Positions 49,744 through 58,083 of a stretch of 58,083 nt of DNA are shown here, one piece after another. The DNA lies in IMG/VR virus record IMGVR_UViG_3300024344_000012, positions 1 through 58,083 of that record; one strand, given 5' to 3'. The first letter of the stretch is position 1. Each line of letters opens with the position of its first letter. The translations under genes were made by a program, and so were the position numbers. The notes beneath the pieces were generated by a model that did no database searches, had not been told where the DNA came from, and saw nothing but the letters and a program-made list of their open reading frames with translations. The stretch is from a virus (Duplodnaviria > Caudoviricetes).

Positions 49744-50815
49744 ACATCCACAAAGATTAGAATATCAAATGTACTGGGTAACACCTAAACTTAAAAAAGT
49801 TTTTGATAGAGTTTGTAAAAATTCTATTTTTATATTAGATTCTGGTAACCCAGTAGAATATGATATAGATTATTACAGAAGTTTAATTAGTGGTGGGCAT
49901 GTTAATGACAATAATTTATGGGTTTTTTGGATGAAACATGAAGCATATTTACCCTTTGAATCTGATATAAGAAATTTACATGAAATGTGTAAGGAATTAG
50001 ATTTAGATGAAAGCAAAATTGTTTTTGTTAATTCTGATTTAAATTTGCATAACAATTATACTGAGTGGTTTGGGGAGACTGATTTTGAAAAACCAATTAA
50101 CTGTATTGGATTTTCTTGGTATTTTTTACATGACAGAGAAAATTTAATTGATGGGTTAGGTAATAATCCTTATGAGTTTATGAGATATAGAGATAGAGAA
50201 AAATTACCAAGTAAAAAATTTATTTGTTTAAATGGAACTAAAAATAGACCAAGACAATATATAATAAATAAACTTGAAAAATATAAAGATGATGGATATT
50301 TGAGTGATTTAAGTAGAGGAATAAAGATAGATAATATATCTATGAATAAATTAGTTGGCACTCAAAGAAGTGATGAACCATCCGTTTTTCGATTAGAGGA
50401 TTTTCATAAAGATTCTTATTTCAGTATAGTTAATGAAGCTGGTGGTGGTTGGGAAGCTAGCAATAATGATAAGATATTATCCTTTTTTAGTGAAAAGATA
50501 ACCAAACCATTATATTATGGTCATCCATTTATTTTAATTGGTTTTAAAAATTCTTTAAAAGTTTTAAGAGATATGGGATTTAAAACTTATGATGATGTAT
50601 TTGATGAATCGTATGATGAATTGGAAACTTGGAAAGAAAGAACAAAGCATGTACATTATCAAGTTGAAAGACTGTTAAAACTTTCAAAGAAAGAGTTGAA
50701 AAAAATATTTGAAAAAGTAGAAGACAAGATACTATTTAATCAAGAGAGGTTTTTTGGTTATGATGGTTATGTTGATGATTTTATAACAGAACTTGAGGAA
50801 TTATATAATGATTAG
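49736..50815 (+). CDS. GT-B-like protein (GT10/exostosin-like)
   Basis: FICLNG, SYFSIVNE, FFSEKITKP, GFKTY..FDESYD. Confidence 0.55.
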   Translation: MFEHPQRLEYQMYWVTPKLKKVFDRVCKNSIFILDSGNPVEYDIDYYRSLISGGHVNDNNLWVFWMKHEAYLPFESDIRNLHEMCKELDLDESKIVFVNSDLNLHNNYTEWFGETDFEKPINCIGFSWYFLHDRENLIDGLGNNPYEFMRYRDREKLPSKKFICLNGTKNRPRQYIINKLEKYKDDGYLSDLSRGIKIDNISMNKLVGTQRSDEPSVFRLEDFHKDSYFSIVNEAGGGWEASNNDKILSFFSEKITKPLYYGHPFILIGFKNSLKVLRDMGFKTYDDVFDESYDELETWKERTKHVHYQVERLLKLSKKELKKIFEKVEDKILFNQERFFGYDGYVDDFITELEELYND

Positions 50816-51689
50816 ATTTATAGTTTGTGGTTGGCATATGAATCAATCAAGCTTAATTGATGGTTTACACGAATTACAAAGACTTAACCCTGATATGGTT
50901 CATGTGTTTTGGTCTTGTCATAGAGAACCGATAGATGAAATCAAAGAGAAGTTTGATTATAAAGTATTCCCAAATGGTGGAGAAGAGTATGGTGCATATG
51001 AACAAGCTATTAATCATCTTGATATAGATGATAATGATGTGTGCTTTTTTATGCATGACGATCTGATTGTCAAGTATTGGGATTTTGTTGAAATGTGTAA
51101 GAAATCTCTTGAAGCAGAAGAAGTTGAAACTACTCAAGGGATGCAAAAGGTAAAAATTATAGGAAATGGTACTAACTATCTTGTGGAAAATTATGATTAC
51201 AATAAAGTTTTAGATATTGGTATTAAGAAAGAATTTGATGGAATGAGGTTAATTGATTATGTTAAACCTGAGAATAGACATATATTCGATAAACCAATTG
51301 ATAAACTTTGTAGTGTTAGACCAAGTTTTATGGTTATGTTATATAAAACTGTTAAGGAGATAGGTGGATTTGAACCAAGACACGATGCATATGTTGCACC
51401 AAAGAAAGTTGGAGAGAAAGAAGATGGTAGAGGTATATATGAATACAGAGGTGGTAAAAAAATGAGTAGTTGGGGAAATGACTTTCCAAATTTAAACAAT
51501 TACAAATACAATAGGTTGTTTCATTATAATCAGATTTGTTTTTTAGGATTACATTATTTGAATTCAGATTGGATACACGAATGTGCTAGAGGGAAGTCTA
51601 TGTTAGATGAATGGGAAAGTTCTGAGGAATCAACAGCTGTAGCACATACAGGTGAAGCACTAACTAAAATAATGGAAAGAGACGAATGA
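50808..51689 (+). CDS. GT-A-like glycosyltransferase
   Basis: NGGEEYGAY, FFMHDD, IGGF. Confidence 0.55.
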   Translation: MIRFIVCGWHMNQSSLIDGLHELQRLNPDMVHVFWSCHREPIDEIKEKFDYKVFPNGGEEYGAYEQAINHLDIDDNDVCFFMHDDLIVKYWDFVEMCKKSLEAEEVETTQGMQKVKIIGNGTNYLVENYDYNKVLDIGIKKEFDGMRLIDYVKPENRHIFDKPIDKLCSVRPSFMVMLYKTVKEIGGFEPRHDAYVAPKKVGEKEDGRGIYEYRGGKKMSSWGNDFPNLNNYKYNRLFHYNQICFLGLHYLNSDWIHECARGKSMLDEWESSEESTAVAHTGEALTKIMERDE

Positions 51690-52528
51690 AAATAGGAATA
51701 ATAGGACAAGGTTATGTGGGAACTGCAATCAAGGTTGGATTCAAACCACATTACGATTTAGAGACATATGATAAGTACGATGAGGATAAAAGCACTTGTG
51801 ATTTGACTGAGTTGGTTGAAACTTGTAATGTTATATTTGTATGTGTTCCAACACCAATGAATGAAGATGGTAGTTGTCATACAGATATAGTTGAGAGTGT
51901 GGTTAAGGATATAGATGATAGGGTTGACTCAGCTAATATCCCAAAACCAACTGTAGTAATTAAATCTACAGTTCCACCAGGAACTACAGATAGATTACAT
52001 AAGAAATATAAGGGTGTTGACGTTATATTCAATCCAGAGTTTCTTACAGAGATGAATTTCATTGAAGACTTTAAGAATCAGAGTAGAATTATATTAGGTG
52101 GTATTCGTAGAGGTACAAGTTTCTTGAGACAAGTTTACAGTAAAGTATTTCCTCATGCTACTATCGTTAAGACAAATGCTATGTATGCAGAAATGGTTAA
52201 GTATTTCATCAATTGTTTCTTAGCAACTAAAGTTTCATTTGCTAATGAGATGAAAATGTTTTGTGATACATTGAAGATAGACTATGATAAAGTAGTAGAG
52301 TATGCAACATATGATGAGAGACTTGGTAAATCACATTGGGCTGTTCCAGGTCCTGATGGTGATTTAGGATTTGGTGGACATTGTTTACCAAAGGATTTGT
52401 CAGCAATCATAAGTCTTTCAGGTAAGTTAGGTGGACATACTGTAGTATTAGAAGCAGTTAGAAATCTCAATCTTTGGATTAGAAAACATAAGGATTGGGA
52501 AGAAATGAAAGGAAGAGCAGTAGTATGA
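51686..52528 (+). CDS. ugd: UDP-glucose/GDP-mannose 6-dehydrogenase (short form)
   Basis: IIGQGYVG, CVPTP, KSTVPPGT, NPEFL, AEMVKY, K+SFANE, GFGGHCLPKD. Confidence 0.9.
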   Translation: MKIGIIGQGYVGTAIKVGFKPHYDLETYDKYDEDKSTCDLTELVETCNVIFVCVPTPMNEDGSCHTDIVESVVKDIDDRVDSANIPKPTVVIKSTVPPGTTDRLHKKYKGVDVIFNPEFLTEMNFIEDFKNQSRIILGGIRRGTSFLRQVYSKVFPHATIVKTNAMYAEMVKYFINCFLATKVSFANEMKMFCDTLKIDYDKVVEYATYDERLGKSHWAVPGPDGDLGFGGHCLPKDLSAIISLSGKLGGHTVVLEAVRNLNLWIRKHKDWEEMKGRAVV

Positions 52529-53457
52529 AAATAGCATATTTTACAGAAATGGGATGGGAAGGTAAAGTAGATAGAACAAATCATAACAATATGAGAACAG
52601 AGTTTGCATGGATGAGTGCATTAGACGCTGACCATTATAATGTTCATGCACCAAAGTTAAAACAAGACTATGACTTGGGTATTGTTATAGTTCCTAAATC
52701 TAATCCAGAAATAAACCTAAAACCCTTAAAACAACATTGTGATAAGATAGCAATACAACAAGAAGGTCCTCATTGGTATTTTCAAGACTATCCATTGACA
52801 CATCAATTTCATTTTCATAATCATTTGATGGAAGCTGATTATATCTTCGCACACAATGAAAGTGATAAAAAATATTACAGAGGTATTACAAGTAAGCCAG
52901 TATTTGTGATGAGAAGTCTGATGATCACCGATGGTATGACACCAAAGAGTCAAGGTGGAACTGGCAAAGTAATCATGGGTGGAAACTTCGTTAGTTGGTA
53001 TGGTGGATTTGATTCGTATATGGTTGCTAGTGTATTTCAACCCGAGTGTGAGATATATGCACCATCAATGGGTAGAAAACAAAAGATGGAAAATCAGATA
53101 GATGATATAAATTATCTAAACTATCAGTTATGGAAAGAATGGATAGGAACACTAAAACAATTTGAGGTAGGTATACATTTAATGAGGACACACGCTGCTG
53201 GAACATTTGCTATGAATTGTGCTTGGCATAGTATTCCTTGTATTGGTTATAGAGGATTAGACACACAAGAGATATGTCATCCTAATTTGACTGTAGACTT
53301 GGGTGATTTACATAAAGCTCGTGAGTTAGCAGTCAGACTAAAAGAAGAGCCGGGTTTCTACGATGAATGTTCCACTTTAGCTAGAGTTAGGTGGGAAGAG
53401 GAATATTCAGAGGAACACTATCTCAGTCGTTGGAATAAGTTTTGGAGTAAACAATGA
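52525..53457 (+). CDS. GT-B-like glycosyltransferase
   Basis: HLMRTHAAGTF..NCA....PCIG; island context. Confidence 0.55.
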   Translation: MKIAYFTEMGWEGKVDRTNHNNMRTEFAWMSALDADHYNVHAPKLKQDYDLGIVIVPKSNPEINLKPLKQHCDKIAIQQEGPHWYFQDYPLTHQFHFHNHLMEADYIFAHNESDKKYYRGITSKPVFVMRSLMITDGMTPKSQGGTGKVIMGGNFVSWYGGFDSYMVASVFQPECEIYAPSMGRKQKMENQIDDINYLNYQLWKEWIGTLKQFEVGIHLMRTHAAGTFAMNCAWHSIPCIGYRGLDTQEICHPNLTVDLGDLHKARELAVRLKEEPGFYDECSTLARVRWEEEYSEEHYLSRWNKFWSKQ

Positions 53458-54350
53458 GAGCATTAGTAACAGGTGGTGCCGGCTTTGTTGGTACTAATTT
53501 AATAAAAAGATTATTAGAAGATGGACATGGTGTAGTTTCAGTTGATAACTATTCTACAGGTAAAAAAGAAAACCACCAAGAGGGTTGTCAGTATTTTGAT
53601 TATGATATATCAAGTAAACATACACTTGGGATATATGTAGATGTTGCAACATATCCAAGTTGGAGAGATAGTGAATATGATGTAATATTCCATTTGGCAG
53701 CACTACCAAGAATACAACCATCGTTTGAAACACCCATAGAATCTTTTCAAAGTAATGTTGTTGGAACTATGAATATTTTAGAGTTGGCTAGAAAGAATGG
53801 AAATATTCCTGTAGTATATGCAGGATCGTCATCAAAACATGGAGACTTATATTCTAATCCATATAGTTTTACAAAGTGGCAAGGTGAACAATTATGTGAA
53901 ATGTATTCTAACATATATGATTTACCTGTTACGATATGTAGATTTTACAATGTTTACGGACCACACCAACTTACAGAGGGTGAGTATTGTACAGTTCTTG
54001 GTATATTTGAAAATTTATATAAAAATAATAAACCATTAACAATTACAGGTGATGGAGAACAAAGAAGAGACTTTACGCATGTTGAAGATATAGTAGATGG
54101 TTTAGTTAGAGCATTTGAACTTGATCCAAGATACGTTTTTGAAGAGTTTGAATTTGGTAGAGGTAAAAACTATTCTATTAATGAAATAGCTGATGCCTTT
54201 GGTGAGTATCCAAAAGAATATATAGAAGAGTTGCCAGGTGAAATGAGAGAAACATTATGTCAAGAGCGAGCATTAACTCATGCTGAAAGTGTGTTAGGTT
54301 GGATTCCTAAAAAAGATATAATAGAATACATCAAGGAAACTAATGAATAA
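53454..54350 (+). CDS. NAD-dependent nucleotide-sugar epimerase/dehydratase
   Basis: TGGAGFVG, YSFTK, RFYNVYG, GDGEQRRDF. Confidence 0.93.
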   Translation: MRALVTGGAGFVGTNLIKRLLEDGHGVVSVDNYSTGKKENHQEGCQYFDYDISSKHTLGIYVDVATYPSWRDSEYDVIFHLAALPRIQPSFETPIESFQSNVVGTMNILELARKNGNIPVVYAGSSSKHGDLYSNPYSFTKWQGEQLCEMYSNIYDLPVTICRFYNVYGPHQLTEGEYCTVLGIFENLYKNNKPLTITGDGEQRRDFTHVEDIVDGLVRAFELDPRYVFEEFEFGRGKNYSINEIADAFGEYPKEYIEELPGEMRETLCQERALTHAESVLGWIPKKDIIEYIKETNE

Positions 54351-55185
54351 GAAGATGTTAGTAACAAATGGATGTAGTTGGGTTTATGGAGATACGTTAA
54401 AGAATCCAAGAATGGATAACTTTGCAACAACACTAGCTACAAGTGGTGGGTTTAATGGAGTACAAAATTTATCAATCAAGAAGGGTTCTAATGCTAGAAT
54501 ATCAAGAGTAACAATTCATTGGTTGTTAGAACATCAGAGTGAATGGGATGATATATTTGTTTTAATTGGTTGGACTGGAGCTGTAGATAGACCAGAATTC
54601 TACAGTCCTATGCAACAGAAATGGATACCAATAAATAATTGGAATATCAAAGAGGATCACCATTTGAAATCAACTGAAGAGGAACAAGATAGAGATATGG
54701 CTAAAGCATATTATGAACTTCATTGGTCTGAGTTAGGTTCTTTCCAAGATTATTTTAATAATGTAATACTTTTACAGAACTTCCTAAAGTCTAATAATAT
54801 TGATTATTACTTCTTTAGGTCTTTTGCTTTTGAGGATCCATATAATCAAAGTCATTATGGTTATAGTAGACTTTTAGAATCTGGATTGAATGCACTAAAG
54901 GGTAAATTAGGTATACCAACTAATCCTAAGAAAGCTAAACATTCAGATGAAGAGGTTTGGAAAGCATATGTAGGTTCTGGTTGGTTTCCTCAACATTGGA
55001 AAAAAGCTATTGATTTAGAATTGTTTCCATCATTTGTTAATTACGATAGAACGTTTCAGTATCACATTCAAGATAATGTAAGAGAAGACGGTAGAACATT
55101 CAGAGAACATTATCCAATTCATCCTAACAAAGATGAACATGATATGTGGGCTAAACAAATACAAAAAGAAATAGAGGCATTGTAA
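54343..55185 (+). CDS. SGNH/GDSL-like hydrolase, paralogue 3
   Basis: NGCSW.YG, NLS..KGSN, IGWT...R.E, IHPN..H..WA. Confidence 0.65.
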   Translation: MNKKMLVTNGCSWVYGDTLKNPRMDNFATTLATSGGFNGVQNLSIKKGSNARISRVTIHWLLEHQSEWDDIFVLIGWTGAVDRPEFYSPMQQKWIPINNWNIKEDHHLKSTEEEQDRDMAKAYYELHWSELGSFQDYFNNVILLQNFLKSNNIDYYFFRSFAFEDPYNQSHYGYSRLLESGLNALKGKLGIPTNPKKAKHSDEEVWKAYVGSGWFPQHWKKAIDLELFPSFVNYDRTFQYHIQDNVREDGRTFREHYPIHPNKDEHDMWAKQIQKEIEAL

Positions 55186-56408
55186 TGGAGAAGATTAGTT
55201 TCATAATCCCATCAAGAGATAACCTAAAATATCTCAAGTGGGCATATGAGGGATTGAGAAAGAACTGTAGTCAAGAACATCAGATTTGTATGGCTGATGA
55301 TGCATCAACTGATGGGACTTGGGAGTGGATGGTTGAAGAAAAGAAGAAGAACAAGAACCTATCCATCTACAGAAATGAAGGGCCAGATAGATTAGGTTTG
55401 ACTGTATTGTATGATTACTTAGCAGAAGAGTTAGCAACTAACGATGTGATTATGTTCTTTCATGCTGATATGTATCCATCTAAAGATATGGATAAGAAGA
55501 TACTAAGTAAGTTAGAAAAGGGAACTGTAGTTAGTGCTACAAGAATAGAACCACCACTACATCCAGACGGACCAGAGAAGATAATATCACCATTAGGATT
55601 TGAACCCGAAGAGTTTGACGAAGAGAAGTTTGACAAAGATGTAGAATTATACACAAAAGAACATTTTACTGAGGGTGTGTTTGCGCCATGGGCACTATAC
55701 AAAGATGATTACTTTGATGTGAACGGACACGATCAACTATTCATTCCACAATCAAGAGAAGATTCAGATATCTTTAATAGGTTTTATCTAAATGGATATC
55801 AGTTCAGACAAATATGGGATGGTTTCGTATATCACTTGACAAGTCGTGGTAGTAGATTCAGAGATGGTGTCGGTAAGGATAGTGATGAATGGAAATATTC
55901 GAATAGTCGGAATATGAGGAATTTTATTCGTAAGTGGGGAACTACACCAATGCATGATTCCATGATGAAACCAATAGTGTTTCCTAAGTATGATATTGGA
56001 TTGGTAGTAACTAATTGTAATGTAGAACTATTGAGAGCATTAGAACCCTGGTGTAGTCATATCTATGGTGATTGGGTAGGACATAATGAAAGGCCTTCTA
56101 ATGCAACAGGGCTTGGTGTGAATAAATATATAATAGAAGAACAAGAGAAAACTGAATATGATTTAAGAGAGAAGATACATACACTTACTCTTGAACCAGA
56201 GAATGATGTGATAGTTAGGTTTGATGGTACACAAATTACAAATGAAAATATAAACTTTATATCTCAAATGCCTATGATATTACAAGAACATGATGAAGTA
56301 GGTAGTTTTGCTCATGATATATTTCAAGTTGAGATAAAAACATTAGAACATAAGACAAATGAATTAATCAAATCAAAACCACTAAAAAGTTACGATTTCA
56401 AATTATGA
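55185..56408 (+). CDS. GT2 glycosyltransferase
   Basis: ISFIIP, DDASTDGT, HADM, REDSD, YH..SR..R. Confidence 0.88.
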   Translation: MEKISFIIPSRDNLKYLKWAYEGLRKNCSQEHQICMADDASTDGTWEWMVEEKKKNKNLSIYRNEGPDRLGLTVLYDYLAEELATNDVIMFFHADMYPSKDMDKKILSKLEKGTVVSATRIEPPLHPDGPEKIISPLGFEPEEFDEEKFDKDVELYTKEHFTEGVFAPWALYKDDYFDVNGHDQLFIPQSREDSDIFNRFYLNGYQFRQIWDGFVYHLTSRGSRFRDGVGKDSDEWKYSNSRNMRNFIRKWGTTPMHDSMMKPIVFPKYDIGLVVTNCNVELLRALEPWCSHIYGDWVGHNERPSNATGLGVNKYIIEEQEKTEYDLREKIHTLTLEPENDVIVRFDGTQITNENINFISQMPMILQEHDEVGSFAHDIFQVEIKTLEHKTNELIKSKPLKSYDFKL

Positions 56409-56626
56409 CTTACTATTTATTATTGAACGGTTCTCATGTGGAAATCGGTGAAGAGAGCTTTGGTAAATTTTGGCCTAGTGAGGGATTAAAAGCGTTGTAT
56501 AAAATTATAAATGAAAAACCAGAGATGTTATCAGAAATCACAATCAAAACAGATCAGAACGTAGACTTAACAATAACAGAATTTATAGACACAATCGAAG
56601 CCTTAAAAATGGAAAAAAAGGCTTGA
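56405..56626 (+). CDS. Hypothetical protein
   Basis: 73 aa ORF with ATGA overlap. Confidence 0.55.
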   Translation: MTYYLLLNGSHVEIGEESFGKFWPSEGLKALYKIINEKPEMLSEITIKTDQNVDLTITEFIDTIEALKMEKKA

Positions 56627-56652
56627 CAAGTATATGATTTTATTCGTATATT
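56623..56652 (+). promoter_or_regulatory. Sigma70-type promoter, class A (TTGACA-N18-TATATT)
   Basis: gcTTGACAagtatatgattttattcgTATATT. Confidence 0.75.
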
Positions 56653-56671
56653 CAACTAAATGGAGAAGGAC

Positions 56672-56836
56672 ATGCCAAAAGTAGATAACTGGGAAGATTG
56701 GGATGAGATGGAAGAGCAATACGCTGAACAGGAAGTTCGTAGTAAAATTAAACATAAGTTACAAAAAGAAAGTAAGGTTAAACAGAATGTTAAACATAAA
56801 AAAGAGTCTAACAAAAATAGTTCTAACAGTAGTTAG
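56672..56836 (+). CDS. Small 54-aa protein (acidic N-half, basic C-half), not in ORF track
   Basis: GGAG SD, then MPKVDNWEDWDEMEEQYAEQEVRSKIKHKLQKESKVKQNVKHKKESNKNSSNSS*; first gene after the promoter. Confidence 0.55.
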   Translation: MPKVDNWEDWDEMEEQYAEQEVRSKIKHKLQKESKVKQNVKHKKESNKNSSNSS

Positions 56837-57320
56837 TATATTTCTAATAGGTTGTGAACTTGAACCTCAACCTGTAGAATATGACTTTGAGTTATATGGT
56901 GAATCACTATCGTTGGATGAGAATGGATTCTATCACTTTGATTTGAGTGATGGTATAGTATACAATAACATAACAAGTAGAACAAAGTTTGTAGCAAATA
57001 CAAACAATCCAAATATACAAAAGGTTGGATTTGTGGCATCACATTATTGGTATGTAGGTGATACATTGGGTTATGTTATAAGTCGTGGGTTAACTGATGA
57101 TTTAGTATATGTTAGTTATGATACAAGTTATGTAACGTGGTTCAACGGATTTGAAGTGCCAGTAATAAATGGTGCAAGTTACACTAAAGATGCATTGGCA
57201 TACTCTTGGGCTGCAATCCCATTCAGTATGGTTGGTGATACTATTTATTTTAAAGCATCATACTTTGATGAAGCTGAGTGGTTAAAGTATGAAGAAACCA
57301 TAGGAGTAATCATGGAATGA
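56787..57320 (+). CDS. Putative lipoprotein (likely start ATG 56787)
   Basis: MLNIKK + hydrophobic stretch + lipobox LIG-C. Confidence 0.6.
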   Translation: MLNIKKSLTKIVLTVVSIFLIGCELEPQPVEYDFELYGESLSLDENGFYHFDLSDGIVYNNITSRTKFVANTNNPNIQKVGFVASHYWYVGDTLGYVISRGLTDDLVYVSYDTSYVTWFNGFEVPVINGASYTKDALAYSWAAIPFSMVGDTIYFKASYFDEAEWLKYEETIGVIME

Positions 57321-57547
57321 AGTTTGAATTATGGAGCAATAGAGCTCAAGAAGTAGTTGACACTATAGATTTTACAGAAGGTCCGACACCCACTGCTAAT
57401 ATTCAGGGTGCAAAGTCGTATTTTATGGCTAGGAAAATGTTAAAAGAAAAGGATTTTGATAATTTATTTACAGTAAAACCTAAACCATATGTTGTTAGAG
57501 AATATAAATGGTGGAAAGAGGAGTCAACAGATTTAGACGATTTTTAG
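57317..57547 (+). CDS. Hypothetical protein
   Basis: ATGA overlap. Confidence 0.55.
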   Translation: MKFELWSNRAQEVVDTIDFTEGPTPTANIQGAKSYFMARKMLKEKDFDNLFTVKPKPYVVREYKWWKEESTDLDDF

Positions 57548-57561
57548 ATTAGGAGAATGTT

Positions 57562-57753
57562 ATGATAGAAATTATATGTTATGTTATGATTGGTTCAATG
57601 TTAGGATTGATGTTTTCAGCATTGATAAGTGCTAATAAATTTAGTAGATATAACCAAAGAATTCATGAGTTAGAACATGAAATAAAAACATTAAGACAAA
57701 GAGGTAGAAAACCTCAACCAAAGAAGAAACCTGTAAGGAGACGTAATGCCTAA
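57562..57753 (+). CDS. Small membrane-anchored coiled-coil protein
   Basis: N-terminal TM segment, coiled coil, basic tail; AGGAG SD. Confidence 0.55.
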   Translation: MIEIICYVMIGSMLGLMFSALISANKFSRYNQRIHELEHEIKTLRQRGRKPQPKKKPVRRRNA

Positions 57754-58083
57754 ACAGGGTGTCCATCCATTCGGTAAGAAACCACTACCAAAAAGTAGAG
57801 TTGAATGGGCAATATCAGAAACCAAGTCATTGATGGCTGCTGCTCGGTTATTACAAGTATCGTATAACACGTTCAAGAAGTATGCAAAACTATATGATGT
57901 ATTCCATCAGAATAAGAATCAGACAGGGCTTGGTATATCTAAAGGTCCTAAAGGTTCAAGTCAAGTAACAATGGATAGGATCTTTAGTGGTCATCATCCA
58001 AACTATCCACACTACAGATTACAAGAGCGCTTAATAAAAGATGGCTTCCTGGCTGAGGAGTGTAGTAATTGTGGTTTTGATGA
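57746..58083 (+). CDS. HTH + probable HNH endonuclease (3'-truncated)
   Basis: Not in ORF track: MPKQG...SLMAAARLLQVSYNTFKKYAKLY...LQERLIKDG...EECSNCG. Confidence 0.6.
   Translation, partial: MPKQGVHPFGKKPLPKSRVEWAISETKSLMAAARLLQVSYNTFKKYAKLYDVFHQNKNQTGLGISKGPKGSSQVTMDRIFSGHHPNYPHYRLQERLIKDGFLAEECSNCGFD

Noticed and set aside
32026-56408. Island is a host LPS/capsule locus (prophage boundary or chimeric contig)
   Set aside because: Same strand and tight overlaps as the phage genes, phage-type genes interspersed and downstream, same promoter class at 56623, and no Wzx/Wzy/ABC genes
56703-56786. N-terminal extension of the 205-aa ORF
   Set aside because: The signal peptide and lipobox fit a start at 56787; this stretch encodes a different small ORF in another frame
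1387-57876. All minus-strand ORFs in the track, and small nested + strand ORFs (21058, 30785, 53818)
   Set aside because: They are shadows within longer motif-bearing + strand genes, lack RBS and have atypical composition
1-58083. Stop-codon reassignment (as in some large phages)
   Set aside because: Core genes are full length in code 11, and TAA, TAG and TGA all end genes at sensible boundaries

Overview
AT-rich (~30% GC by eye), densely packed segment of a large T4-like (myovirus-type) dsDNA phage; every credible gene lies on the + strand. It has three blocks. (1) 1-10.2 kb: tail/baseplate module with a gp26/gp51-like chaperone pair carrying a prfB-like +1 frameshift signal, tape measure, baseplate proteins and a LysM/gp53-like wedge. 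(2) 10.2-31.8 kb: replication and recombination genes: a thumb-less family-A polymerase, two probable internal head proteins (ADP-ribosyltransferase-like and nuclease-like), gp32 SSB, UvsX/RecA, 5'-3' exonuclease, DnaB/gp41, class II RNR, family-B polymerase, clamp and both clamp-loader subunits. Two Mu Mom-like adenine-modification genes are translationally coupled to the clamp and clamp-loader genes, with a 2OG-Fe(II) dioxygenase overlapping the first. (3) 31.8-56.4 kb: a ~24.5 kb glycan island headed by a ribbon-helix-helix gene, encoding about 11-12 glycosyltransferase-like proteins, nucleotide-sugar enzymes, three SGNH paralogues, a sulfotransferase and a kinase-ParB-nucleotidyltransferase fusion. 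Two repeated promoter classes are visible. No tRNA, rRNA, CRISPR array, intein or intron was seen. All functional calls come from motif recognition by eye, not from database searches.
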